Assembly (NCBI GenBank): GCA_041744215.1
Contig: JBGTLG010000020.1
Coordinates: forward strand, 1 to 62,246
Direction: 5' to 3'
DNA length: 62,246 nt
DNA from: Fimbriimonadales bacterium
Lineage (GTDB): Bacteria > Armatimonadota > Fimbriimonadia > Fimbriimonadales > ATM1
This document shows positions 9,237-18,129 of the stretch, in pieces. The translations under genes and the position numbers were made by a program. The notes beneath the pieces are model-generated. The model did not search any database and had not been told where the DNA came from. It worked only from the letters and a program-made list of their open reading frames with translations. Position 1 is the first letter of the stretch; each line of letters opens with the position of its first letter.

Positions 9237-9687
9237 AAGAAACTGTCACGCCAGAAGACAATGGACTGTTTGATTGGAAATAGATCTGATCGCTCTCAAA
9301 ACCATCGCGGCTAATGGGGGGGAGCGGCACACCGGCTACTTGCTCGCTGCGATCGCGATTGATGCCGACGACGATCACTGCGAGAACGCTCGCTGCGGCG
9401 GCTACGGTCAGTCCGCCCCAGCCAAGTCGCAATGAGAACACGCCGTTCACTCGCACCGTTCTGGTGTCGTCTGCATGAACTGCAGTGAGGAGTCGACTTT
9501 CAAACTCCGGGTCGGGTCTCGTATTCGGCAGACTGCCTATCATAGTTTTGACGAGGCGCAACTCCGCGATCTCGCGTTCACATGAATCACATTCAGACAC
9601 ATGCGAACGTACGCGAAGCATCTCTGCTCCGTCAAGTTCACCGTCAATGTAAGCGGCGAGCCGACTTTCTACAAATTTGCAGTTCAT
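9211..9687 (-). CDS. Zinc-binding (zf-HC2) transmembrane anti-sigma factor
   Basis: MNC...LAAYIDGEL...HVSECDSC (HxxxCxxC), one TM helix, coupled to the ECF sigma gene. Confidence 0.88.
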   Translation of the reverse strand: MNCKFVESRLAAYIDGELDGAEMLRVRSHVSECDSCEREIAELRLVKTMIGSLPNTRPDPEFESRLLTAVHADDTRTVRVNGVFSLRLGWGGLTVAAAASVLAVIVVGINRDRSEQVAGVPLPPISRDGFESDQIYFQSNSPLSSGVTVSYDGAASNR

Positions 9688-10268
9688 TCGAGCATCCCTC
9701 TGTACTTTTCTGGTTTTGCCTTGAGAAGAAAACTTCTAAGTTGTTTGCGGCCACGATGAATTCGCGAGCGCACGGTGCCGATCGATGTCTTCATGATCGA
9801 AGCGACTTCCTCATACGACAAACCTTCGATATCGGCGAGCAGAACTGCCACCCGAAAATCGGGAGTCATACGGTTGAGGCCATCTTGAATCTCGGCTTCC
9901 ATCAGGCTGTTCACTACAAGTCGTTCTGGAGAGGCGCTGTCATCCGGCAGATCCCAGGTCACTCCCGTCTCCGGGTGCGGCTCATCCAGACTGCTCGTCT
10001 TGAGCTTTCCTTTCCGGCGGATATCGTCAATATGGGCGTTCGTCATGATCCGATACAGCCAGCTTGTGAATGGCAGGCTCGGGTCATACCGATGAAAGAA
10101 TCGGAACGCCCGCAGATAAGCTTCCTGAACGAGGTCTTCTGCGTCGGTGCGAGACCCGGTGAGGCGCAAAGCGAGGTGGAAGGCCTGCTGATGCGTGCGC
10201 TTCAGCAGGTCCTCGAACATCTCTTTGGTGTTCTCTCCTGTCGAGGTCGTCGTCCCGGCTATGATCAT
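9684..10268 (-). CDS. ECF RNA polymerase sigma factor (SigE/RpoE-like)
   Basis: DAEDLVQEAYLRA, SWLYRIMTN, EGLSYEEVA, GTVRSRIHRGR. Confidence 0.95.
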   Translation of the reverse strand: MIIAGTTTSTGENTKEMFEDLLKRTHQQAFHLALRLTGSRTDAEDLVQEAYLRAFRFFHRYDPSLPFTSWLYRIMTNAHIDDIRRKGKLKTSSLDEPHPETGVTWDLPDDSASPERLVVNSLMEAEIQDGLNRMTPDFRVAVLLADIEGLSYEEVASIMKTSIGTVRSRIHRGRKQLRSFLLKAKPEKYRGMLE

Positions 10269-10290
10269 CCGAACGGTGTCCTAGTCTTGA

Positions 10291-11286
10291 GTGATGCTAC
10301 GCGAAGAACCTTGCGTTTGGTTCCCCGAGGCAAACAAGATACCAAACAGTGGCAGGCACAGGCCAGAATTGGCGCATCTCGTGAATCAACCGATCCATCC
10401 GCAAGCCCTAGACTCAGACCAGCTTCGGCTCGTCTTGCTCGTTTTTGAGCGTCCGGGCATCGTCCGGGTGCAGCTTGCGGAGGCGCTCGGGATGAGCCAA
10501 GCTACCGTGACTGGGCTGATCAGGGGACTGATTTCAGCTCACGTTCTGGCCGAGGCTGGGCAGGCGCCGAGCCAGGGCGGCCGACGGGCGACCCAGTTAT
10601 CGCTTCACCCTGCGTTCCTTGTGGCAAGCGTTCGGTCGTGCTTGGAGGGGGCTTGCGGGTGGCATCTGGTTGACGCCACCGGGCTGGTTCGAGAGGGCGA
10701 GCCGAACGGCGATGGTGTCGATCTCGTTGCGGGCGTGGCAGGAGCAGGTGAGGTCTCCGCTGCTGAAGCGCTCCTGTACTGCCATCCGAGAAGGACCCGA
10801 GAGCAGTTTGATGAGTTCACCGTGTGCTTTGACTTGACCGACGCCCCGTCAGCAGCCTGGATGATGGCCGGGAGCGCACTTGGGCAATTGGATGTGGGCG
10901 AGCTAGCACACACGGCGCAAATCTGCCTGCCAGACCTTGCTGGCTGTGTCGGCGATTTCGGTTCAATCGACGCCGCCGTCTCCGCTGAGCAGGAAGGGAG
11001 CCTTGAAGCGATGCGCATGGCCGACGCTGGGGTCGCTGCTATCGGGGAACTCCTCGCAGTGTTGGCCCGGGTCGTCCGCCCCCAGCGACTCATTTTCGGG
11101 CTTCGACCTGGATTGGAACGCCTGTTCCGACCTGAAGATATCCGTCACCTGCTGAGGAGGCGGTTGCCAAAAGCTTTGAGCGATTCGTTGGTGACGAGCT
11201 TCGCGGACGCGGACCTGACGGATCGAATCGCCGGCGCCGGACTTGCAGCGATACATCGCCAGCTAGTCTCCGCACGAAACCGATAA
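10291..11286 (+). CDS. Divergent ROK-family transcriptional regulator (start uncertain, possibly GTG 10381)
   Basis: RVQLAEALGMSQATVTGLIRGL...QGGRRATQL HTH typical of ROK repressors; C-terminal LARVVRPQRLIFG and GAG. Confidence 0.6.
   Translation: MMLREEPCVWFPEANKIPNSGRHRPELAHLVNQPIHPQALDSDQLRLVLLVFERPGIVRVQLAEALGMSQATVTGLIRGLISAHVLAEAGQAPSQGGRRATQLSLHPAFLVASVRSCLEGACGWHLVDATGLVREGEPNGDGVDLVAGVAGAGEVSAAEALLYCHPRRTREQFDEFTVCFDLTDAPSAAWMMAGSALGQLDVGELAHTAQICLPDLAGCVGDFGSIDAAVSAEQEGSLEAMRMADAGVAAIGELLAVLARVVRPQRLIFGLRPGLERLFRPEDIRHLLRRRLPKALSDSLVTSFADADLTDRIAGAGLAAIHRQLVSARNR
10298..10324 (-). promoter_or_regulatory. Putative autoregulatory ECF promoter
   Basis: Minus strand GGAACC-N17-CGTA about 30 nt upstream of the ECF sigma start; matches the general ECF AAC/CGT pattern. 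Confidence 0.5.
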
Positions 11287-11347
11287 ATTTGCTAGGTTGA
11301 AAAAATGCGTTCGCCCATCCGGGAGAAGTGCGGTTAGAATGAAATGT

Positions 11348-12871
11348 ATGAGTCAACGTTGTTGGATTCCGTTAGCACTCGGCGCAACCCTTTGCTCAGG
11401 CGCGCTCGCACAGGCAACTCAGAAAACTCTGTATGTCACGAACAATGTTTCCGGAAACGTTACTGCGTTTCGAGTAAACGGCGATGGATCATTAACTTCG
11501 ATTGGTCTATTCGCAGCGGGCGTCAATCCGCAGGACTGCGCCATGACCGCAGATGGTCGAAACCTCGTAGTGCTGAACGCGACTGCTGCTCAAATCGAAG
11601 AGCTTTATGTGTTTCGCATTTTGGCTGACGGAACTCTTTCACTATTGAATCCGCCTGCGACGGTCGGCGACGGCCCGCTATCCGTTTGGGTGACCCGTAA
11701 CAACTTTGCGCTGGTTCCGTCCGCAACGGATGACAATCTCACTTCGTTTCTTGTCTCCAATGACAACCTCTTCCAGCGGGACCAGAGACCAGCAGGCACA
11801 TTCCCGATCAAAGTGATTTCGACTCCGAATGGAAACTTTGTCTATTGTTCGGGCAGTTCTGCCGGAGGAAACGTTTACAAGTATTCGATCGATGCCAACG
11901 GGATCTTGACTCCGATAGGCACACCCACGCCAGTCACTGAAGGCAGCCCGCAAGGGATGGCAGTTCACCCGAATGGGCAATTGCTTTACGTATCGACTGC
12001 GCTCGGCAACGTTGTCAGGTGGTTCCGAATTGAGGCGAACGGAGAACTCACTCCACTCGGATCGCAAAATGCCGGGGGCAACAGCTGCACCGAAATGGCG
12101 ATCCATCCTGCGGGCAATTTTCTTTACGTCTGCAACGTGGTAAGCGACACTTTGACGGTACTCGCCGTGAACCCTGATGGCTCGCTATCGGCTACTGGTC
12201 AGGCGTACCTGATTGGGAGTGACATTCGCTCCGTTGAGACAGATGGCCGGTTTGTTTACGTGACTGATGAATCGACTCTTGGTGGAAGCGCTGTCGGGGT
12301 GGTTGTCTTCCGGATCAACAATGACGGCACTCTAACATCGTTGGGCACGACACCAACAGGCGGGAGCAGGCCGCAGCAGGTGTCGTTGTGGTCGCCAACC
12401 TCCCTTGTCAGTCCGACAAGCGTAAACGTGACCTTTGGGGTGCCGCTCGGCGGCGGGCTTGGCGAGATACTCATGAGCGACAACGAGTACCTTCGGATTC
12501 GAGAAGCCCCACCGCTCGCGTTAGGTGGCCCGTCTGCCCGAATGATAGTTGAGGGCCTCGCACCACAAGACTACGCCTCTGGATTTGAGTTCGTGATTGA
12601 GACGGCCACGAATGCCGTCCCCGCCACGGGGGTCAGCATGACGATCGATCTCTTCAACTTTGAGACGAATCTCTACGACCGCATTGGGGCATCTGCGATG
12701 ACCTCGGGAGACACCGCCCACGAATTCGAGGTGCTCTGGCAAGCGTCGCGATACGTGCAGCCTGCGACGGGGCTTCTGCGTGCGCGAGTGAGTTGGATCG
12801 ATCCTGGAACTTTGTTTACCTTTGGGTGGAACGTGCGGGTGGATCAGGTCGCCTGGCGCGTTCGACCGTGA
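11348..12871 (+). CDS. Secreted lactonase-family beta-propeller protein with extra C-terminal beta domain
   Basis: Signal peptide; repeated blades (AVHPNGQLLYV, AIHPAGNFLYV, FRINNDGTLT); start 11348 lies 7 nt after TAGAAT. Confidence 0.8.
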   Translation: MSQRCWIPLALGATLCSGALAQATQKTLYVTNNVSGNVTAFRVNGDGSLTSIGLFAAGVNPQDCAMTADGRNLVVLNATAAQIEELYVFRILADGTLSLLNPPATVGDGPLSVWVTRNNFALVPSATDDNLTSFLVSNDNLFQRDQRPAGTFPIKVISTPNGNFVYCSGSSAGGNVYKYSIDANGILTPIGTPTPVTEGSPQGMAVHPNGQLLYVSTALGNVVRWFRIEANGELTPLGSQNAGGNSCTEMAIHPAGNFLYVCNVVSDTLTVLAVNPDGSLSATGQAYLIGSDIRSVETDGRFVYVTDESTLGGSAVGVVVFRINNDGTLTSLGTTPTGGSRPQQVSLWSPTSLVSPTSVNVTFGVPLGGGLGEILMSDNEYLRIREAPPLALGGPSARMIVEGLAPQDYASGFEFVIETATNAVPATGVSMTIDLFNFETNLYDRIGASAMTSGDTAHEFEVLWQASRYVQPATGLLRARVSWIDPGTLFTFGWNVRVDQVAWRVRP

Positions 12872-12892
12872 CCGGCCCTGTATAATCGGGTC

Positions 12893-15286
12893 ATGCCGAG
12901 CGAAGCCCCAGACCGCGCCCCCCACAGAGAGATGGGGCTGTCCGATCTTGAATATGACGCAATCGTAAACGAGCTTGGGCGGGAGCCGACGCACACGGAG
13001 TTGGGGATGTTTGCAGTGCTCTGGAGCGAACACTGCTCATACAAATCGAGCAAGCCCGTTCTAAAGTTTTTTAGCGATTACAAGAAGTCTGTCGAGGGAG
13101 ACGGACTTGAAAATGCTGGAGTGATCGATATCGGCGACGGGATCGGAATCACGTTTAAAGTTGAGAGTCACAACCACCCGTCTGCGGTTGAGCCGTATGA
13201 GGGCGCGGCGACCGGAGTCGGCGGGATTATTCGCGATATCCTAACGATGGGAGCGCGGCCAATTGCGTCGCTAAACTCATTGCGTTTCGGCGATATCTCC
13301 GTCAGCTCGGAAGACCGCCGATTGTTCGCCCGTGTTGTCGAAGGGATCGGCGGTTATGGCAACTGCATCGGGGTCCCAACAGTTGCTGGCGAAGTGAGTT
13401 TTCATTCGAGATACGCTGGCAACCCGCTTGTCAATGCGATGTGTGTTGGACAGTTATCGCTTGACAAGATTACTTCCGCCGCTGCGAGGGGCCCCGGCAA
13501 TTCGGTGGTGTACCTTGGCAGTGCAACTGGTTTGGACGGTATTCATGGCGCGACGTTTGCAAGCGATGTGCTTAGCGAAGACACGGAGGACAAGCGACCC
13601 AACGTCCAGATTGGCGATCCTTTTGCTGGCAAGCTTTTGATAGAAGCAACTTTGGAAGCGCTCGCGACGGGTGCGATTGTCGCGATTCAAGACATGGGTG
13701 CCGCTGGACTAACATGCAGCACATGCGAAATGTCGTCCAAAGGAAACGTGGGCATGGAGATTGAACTTGACAAAGTGCCTTTGCGCTCGCAAGAAATGGG
13801 TGCCTACGAAATCATGCTTAGCGAAAGTCAGGAGAGGATGCTTGCGGTCGTTGAGATCGATCGCGAACGAGAAGTCCTTGATGTTTTCCGCAAGTGGGGA
13901 TTGCCTGCGTCGGTGATTGGCAGGGTTACACCAGAGCCGACGGTAGTTATCAAGCATCACGGCAGAGTCGAGGCGACCGTACCCGCGCATTACATTTGCG
14001 ATGGGTGCCCGACGCTTGATCTCGAAGCAAGTGAGCCGGAGAATGTTCAACAGGCGAAACTATTCGATCCAAAGTCGATCAGCCAACCTCACGACTACGA
14101 AAAATGTTTGGTGTCGCTCTTGAGCGCGCCGAACATCGCGTCAAAACGATGGGTGTATGAGCAGTACGACTCCACCGTGCAAACGCAAACGTCGATTGGG
14201 CCCGGCTTAAGCGGCGCCGCGGTGTTGGCGTTGCGCGGGACGAAGAAAGGCATTGCCACGAAGATCGACTGCAACGCACATTACGTGTATGCCGATCCCT
14301 ACGTGGGAGGTCAGCTCGCGCTGATCGAGGCCGCGCGCAACGTCGCATGTACTGGGGCTAGACCGATGGCTGCGACAGACTGCCTTAACTTTGGAAATCC
14401 AAACGACCCAAAAGTGTACTTCCAGTTCCGCGAATCGGTTCGCGGGCTTGCCGATGCTTCCGAAGCGCTCGAGATTCCCGTTATCTCGGGGAACGTAAGC
14501 TTCTATAACGAGACGGATGCGGGAGAAGTTCTGCCAACACCCACCGTCGGCGTTGTCGGTGTAATCGAGGATGTCGAAAAGCGCATAGGGATGGGCTTCC
14601 CAAAGGGAATGGGATACATCTACATGGTGTACGGCTACTCGCCAGCACCTCGTCAACAGGGATTGGGAGCGAGCGAGTACGCGCGCGTTGTGCATGGTGA
14701 GGAAGGAGGCGCGCCAGAATCACCTGACCTGACGACAGAAAAGGCGCTTATCCAGTTTTTGTCGAGGGCAACTGACGAGCAACTCATCTCTTGCGCGCAT
14801 GACGTTTCCGATGGCGGTTTTGCTGTCGCGCTGGCTGAGATGTCGATCGCGGGAGAGGCTGGGTGCTATGCGCTGGTTGACGCAGATGAACATTTCCAGC
14901 GGCACATACTCGGGCCTGTTCTTGATCATATGCTGACAAGTGGGATTTCACCTTCAGAGTCAGTACAGCGCGCGCTGATCGATGCAGAAACAGGAATGAA
15001 CCCATGGCTGTTTACACAGCGCATGGATGCGCGCCTTTTTGGAGAACTGCCTGGTCGCGTTCTCTTCGGCGTCTCCAACGATGCAATGCGGCACGCGGTA
15101 ATGGACCGCATTTGGAGTATCGCAGAAGAGCTTCACCTCGCACTTCATTGCATTGGAACGTACGACTACACGAACTTGAAAGTTCAGATGCTGTCTCCTA
15201 GCCGGGTGCTGTTGGAGAAAAGTGTCCAAGACTTGCGATCCGCATACGAGAGCGCGATCCCGACGCTCATGTCGAAGCAGAGATAG
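12893..15286 (+). CDS. purL: Phosphoribosylformylglycinamidine synthase subunit PurL
   Basis: [63 protein letters not shown]. Confidence 0.97.
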   Translation: MPSEAPDRAPHREMGLSDLEYDAIVNELGREPTHTELGMFAVLWSEHCSYKSSKPVLKFFSDYKKSVEGDGLENAGVIDIGDGIGITFKVESHNHPSAVEPYEGAATGVGGIIRDILTMGARPIASLNSLRFGDISVSSEDRRLFARVVEGIGGYGNCIGVPTVAGEVSFHSRYAGNPLVNAMCVGQLSLDKITSAAARGPGNSVVYLGSATGLDGIHGATFASDVLSEDTEDKRPNVQIGDPFAGKLLIEATLEALATGAIVAIQDMGAAGLTCSTCEMSSKGNVGMEIELDKVPLRSQEMGAYEIMLSESQERMLAVVEIDREREVLDVFRKWGLPASVIGRVTPEPTVVIKHHGRVEATVPAHYICDGCPTLDLEASEPENVQQAKLFDPKSISQPHDYEKCLVSLLSAPNIASKRWVYEQYDSTVQTQTSIGPGLSGAAVLALRGTKKGIATKIDCNAHYVYADPYVGGQLALIEAARNVACTGARPMAATDCLNFGNPNDPKVYFQFRESVRGLADASEALEIPVISGNVSFYNETDAGEVLPTPTVGVVGVIEDVEKRIGMGFPKGMGYIYMVYGYSPAPRQQGLGASEYARVVHGEEGGAPESPDLTTEKALIQFLSRATDEQLISCAHDVSDGGFAVALAEMSIAGEAGCYALVDADEHFQRHILGPVLDHMLTSGISPSESVQRALIDAETGMNPWLFTQRMDARLFGELPGRVLFGVSNDAMRHAVMDRIWSIAEELHLALHCIGTYDYTNLKVQMLSPSRVLLEKSVQDLRSAYESAIPTLMSKQR

Positions 15287-15289
15287 CTG

Positions 15290-15805
15290 ATGTTTACTTT
15301 CACCGAGCAAATCGACATCATGGCGGCGAACGAGGATTCGTTTCTTGCCGTCGCAGACCTAATGGCGCGCGGGCACTATTACCCGCCGAGCGTCTCTCTC
15401 CTTCGGGAGATCGCTCCGAGACCACCGAGCGAAACGGACAAGTTTCTACCGGGGCAACGTGTTTCATTCCGGAACGGGGAAGCGAACTTCGACACGACCA
15501 TTACGGATGTCTCTGAATGGCACGAAGCGGAAGCGCGCTTCGTTGAATTGCCTCAAGGTTCTCCGAAAGAAGAGAGGCTCGAATGGAGGCTTTCAGAACT
15601 CACGCCTGGGACGATTAGAGTAGAGTTGACATTCTCAGCGAACTACGGTTTAGTTGAAAAGGTCAGTCGTGGCAATCAGGTGAGAAAATTTTGGCGAGAA
15701 ACGCTTGAGCGACTAAAAACCTACCTCGAGGATAAGCAGTCGCTGGCGCACGCAAGGATGTGGGCGCCTAAGCCGCAGCCCGATCGCTTTTCGCCGAATC
15801 TGTAA
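15290..15805 (+). CDS. SRPBCC (START-like) family protein
   Basis: Size and pattern, with C-terminal helix FWRETLERLKTYLE; 3 nt after purL. Confidence 0.6.
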   Translation: MFTFTEQIDIMAANEDSFLAVADLMARGHYYPPSVSLLREIAPRPPSETDKFLPGQRVSFRNGEANFDTTITDVSEWHEAEARFVELPQGSPKEERLEWRLSELTPGTIRVELTFSANYGLVEKVSRGNQVRKFWRETLERLKTYLEDKQSLAHARMWAPKPQPDRFSPNL

Positions 15806-16166
15806 GAGCTCTTGGCGTGGGCCTCGACAGCAGATAAATCGTTAGCGAAACAGCGGTTATTGCCAAAACGATGCGAACCCATAGGTCTGAAACAAAGAAA
15901 ATCGCCGACAGACCAATCGAAATCCAAATCATCGTGATTGCGATCGCTTTGTTTTTCGCACTAATGCTGCCTTCTCGTCTCCAAGCACGAAGGGTTCCCC
16001 CAAATCTTGGATGCTCTAACATCCACGTCTCAGCCTTGAGCGAGCTTTTTGAAAAACACCACAAGGCCAGAATCAAGAAAATCGTCGTTGGCAACAGAGG
16101 AACGAACGCGCCGATCACTCCGATCGACACGAGGAGCACTCCGAAGGCGAAGAAGACTGGCCGCAT
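15768..16166 (-). CDS. YbaN/DUF454 inner membrane protein
   Basis: GVIGAFVPLLPTTIFLILA.WCF.KSS...W...HPRFG. Confidence 0.88.
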   Translation of the reverse strand: MRPVFFAFGVLLVSIGVIGAFVPLLPTTIFLILALWCFSKSSLKAETWMLEHPRFGGTLRAWRREGSISAKNKAIAITMIWISIGLSAIFFVSDLWVRIVLAITAVSLTIYLLSRPTPRALTDSAKSDRAAA

Positions 16167-16205
16167 ACGATTACTGTCTTGGAGATTATCCGCTGAAGCG
16201 ACCCA

Positions 16206-16430
16206 TTAGTTCTTGGCTCGCGACACTACTTCCATCACATTCGCAACCCCTTCGACACGAACGAGGTCTCCAGGGCGGATCTTCCTGGAGCGCCGGGTCT
16301 CAGTAGCTCCTCCGACTTTAACCATGCCATCGAGGATCATCTCCTTGGCCCGACCCCCCGAATCCGCCACGCCAGCCAGTTTCAGAAGCTGCTGTAGCTC
16401 GATGTATTCGCCTTGGATTTCGATTTGCAC
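16206..16430 (-). CDS. S4-like RNA-binding protein (YaaA/YbcJ family)
   Basis: EYIELQQLLKLAGVADSGGRAK...VKVGG..ETRRSRKIRPGD. Confidence 0.9.
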   Translation of the reverse strand: MQIEIQGEYIELQQLLKLAGVADSGGRAKEMILDGMVKVGGATETRRSRKIRPGDLVRVEGVANVMEVVSRAKN

Positions 16431-16498
16431 GGAGGAATTCTGACGAACCGCAACGAAAAGATGCTCCGATCCCGTCCTTAGAAGCAGGTGAAAATGCG

Positions 16499-17404
16499 AT
16501 GGAGATTAGATTTTTTGAAGTCGGGGTCGGTGCCGCGGCCCTCGTACTGGTTGGGGCAGCCCTACAAGGCGCGCTTGGGCAGCAATCGGACGAAGCCGAG
16601 GCAAAGGCCCAACAGGCCAAATGCATCAGCAACATGAGAATTCTCGGCAGCGCGTTTCAGCTGTACCTTGGCGACCACGACGATGCTGCGCCGCTGTCGG
16701 TGCCCAGGGCCGGTGGGCAGTACGCCTCTTCTCGGCAGTTCACCGCCCCAAGCGCGCGCATGGAAGAGATGGCGCGCGGTGCTGGCTGGCTTTGGGCAGC
16801 GTATCCGTACATAATGAGTCGCTCTGCACTCCTTTGCCCAAGCGCATCCAGCACAGAGCCACTCCAGAAAGAGCCGGGCGCGACAAGCGGGCCTATCGAA
16901 ACAAGCTACACGTACAACGGATTGCTGCACGCCTTTCCCAGCCCTGGGATTGAGGCGCCGGCCGAATTGACGGTCTTCTGGGAAGGCTGGGGTGACACTT
17001 ACGATCCGCGCACTTATGGTTCGAACCCACAGTTGAATTGCCACGACGGCTCTCCGCCCTGCATTTATGCCGGTACACAGGGGCCATCGGGCTTGATGTT
17101 CCGTCCTCGCGGAACGATGTGGATCCACAACGGGGGATTCAACAGCACCTATGCGGATTCGCACGCAAAATGGAAACGAGTTGGAGCGCAAGTAAGCCCA
17201 GCTGAAGCTGGGCCACCATTTACGGACTACCGCGTCGATCCGTTCACGGGATATGACGAAAACGGAAAGCCCGGCTGGTACTGGGAATTCGAAATGCATC
17301 CTTTGATGTTTGCGCCGGACTTCGACTTCCACTGGGGAAAGCGGGATTCAGCTACGAATCCTGTGCCAAAACCTCGGAGCCTAAAGAGTCTGTCCACGAA
17401 TTGA
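16499..17404 (+). CDS. DUF1559/H-X9-DG-type protein with degenerate prepilin N-terminus
   Basis: AKAQQAKCISNMRILGSAFQLYLGDHDD, YPYIMS...LLCPS, SYTYNGLLH, HNGGFNSTYADSHAKW. Confidence 0.7.
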   Translation: MEIRFFEVGVGAAALVLVGAALQGALGQQSDEAEAKAQQAKCISNMRILGSAFQLYLGDHDDAAPLSVPRAGGQYASSRQFTAPSARMEEMARGAGWLWAAYPYIMSRSALLCPSASSTEPLQKEPGATSGPIETSYTYNGLLHAFPSPGIEAPAELTVFWEGWGDTYDPRTYGSNPQLNCHDGSPPCIYAGTQGPSGLMFRPRGTMWIHNGGFNSTYADSHAKWKRVGAQVSPAEAGPPFTDYRVDPFTGYDENGKPGWYWEFEMHPLMFAPDFDFHWGKRDSATNPVPKPRSLKSLSTN

Positions 17405-18129
17405 CTGAGAATGAAGCTGCCCAACTGCTGAGAGGGCGAGTCGTCGCGCTTACTGGCGCGGGACTTAGCGCTCCTTCGGGATTGCAGACTTTTTGGGGTG
17501 CGGGCGGAATGTATGAAGGCAAGAGCGCCTATGATCTTGCTTCTCCAGAGGGCTTCAGCGCAGATCCTGTCATGGTCTGGAATTGGTACGCGATGCGCAT
17601 TCGCAGCGGGATGTCTGCGCAGCCGAATCCGGGACACATCGCGCTCCAACATTTAGACGACATTTCAGAACACGTTGCGATTGTCACTTCAAACGTCGAC
17701 GAGCTTCACGAGGACGCCAGTTCAAAGAACGTTTTTCACTTGCATGGCAGAATTCGTGAAACGCTTTGTACCGAATGTGCGAAAGTCGATCCGCTTGATA
17801 TCGAAGGATTAGGAAATCCCATCGCAAGCGATTCATTGCCCACCTGTTCATGCGGAGGACTGCTGCGACCCAACGTTGTTTGGTTTGGAGAGTATCCGTG
17901 GCGAAGCGCTATCGACGCGGTCGCTGAATACCTTCCACTCGCAGATATCGTTTTGGAGATTGGGCATAGCGGGACCGTATCATATGGGTTCACCGAAGGC
18001 GCGGCAGGACTTGGCATTCCCGTCATTCGCATTAACACCGGGCCGCTACCTCCCCTTCCGGGGACGCTCGACATCATTGAAGGAGCCGAGACAGCATTGC
18101 CGAGGCTTATCGAAACATTGGGCTCTTAA
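17401..18129 (+). CDS. cobB: NAD-dependent protein deacylase (sirtuin, CobB-like)
   Basis: LTGAGLSAPSG, PNPGH, NVDELH, HLHG, CxxC...CxC, LRPNVVWFGE. Confidence 0.85.
   Translation: MTENEAAQLLRGRVVALTGAGLSAPSGLQTFWGAGGMYEGKSAYDLASPEGFSADPVMVWNWYAMRIRSGMSAQPNPGHIALQHLDDISEHVAIVTSNVDELHEDASSKNVFHLHGRIRETLCTECAKVDPLDIEGLGNPIASDSLPTCSCGGLLRPNVVWFGEYPWRSAIDAVAEYLPLADIVLEIGHSGTVSYGFTEGAAGLGIPVIRINTGPLPPLPGTLDIIEGAETALPRLIETLGS

Noticed and set aside
9582-10448. 288-aa plus-strand ORF
   Set aside because: Antisense to the well-supported ECF sigma gene
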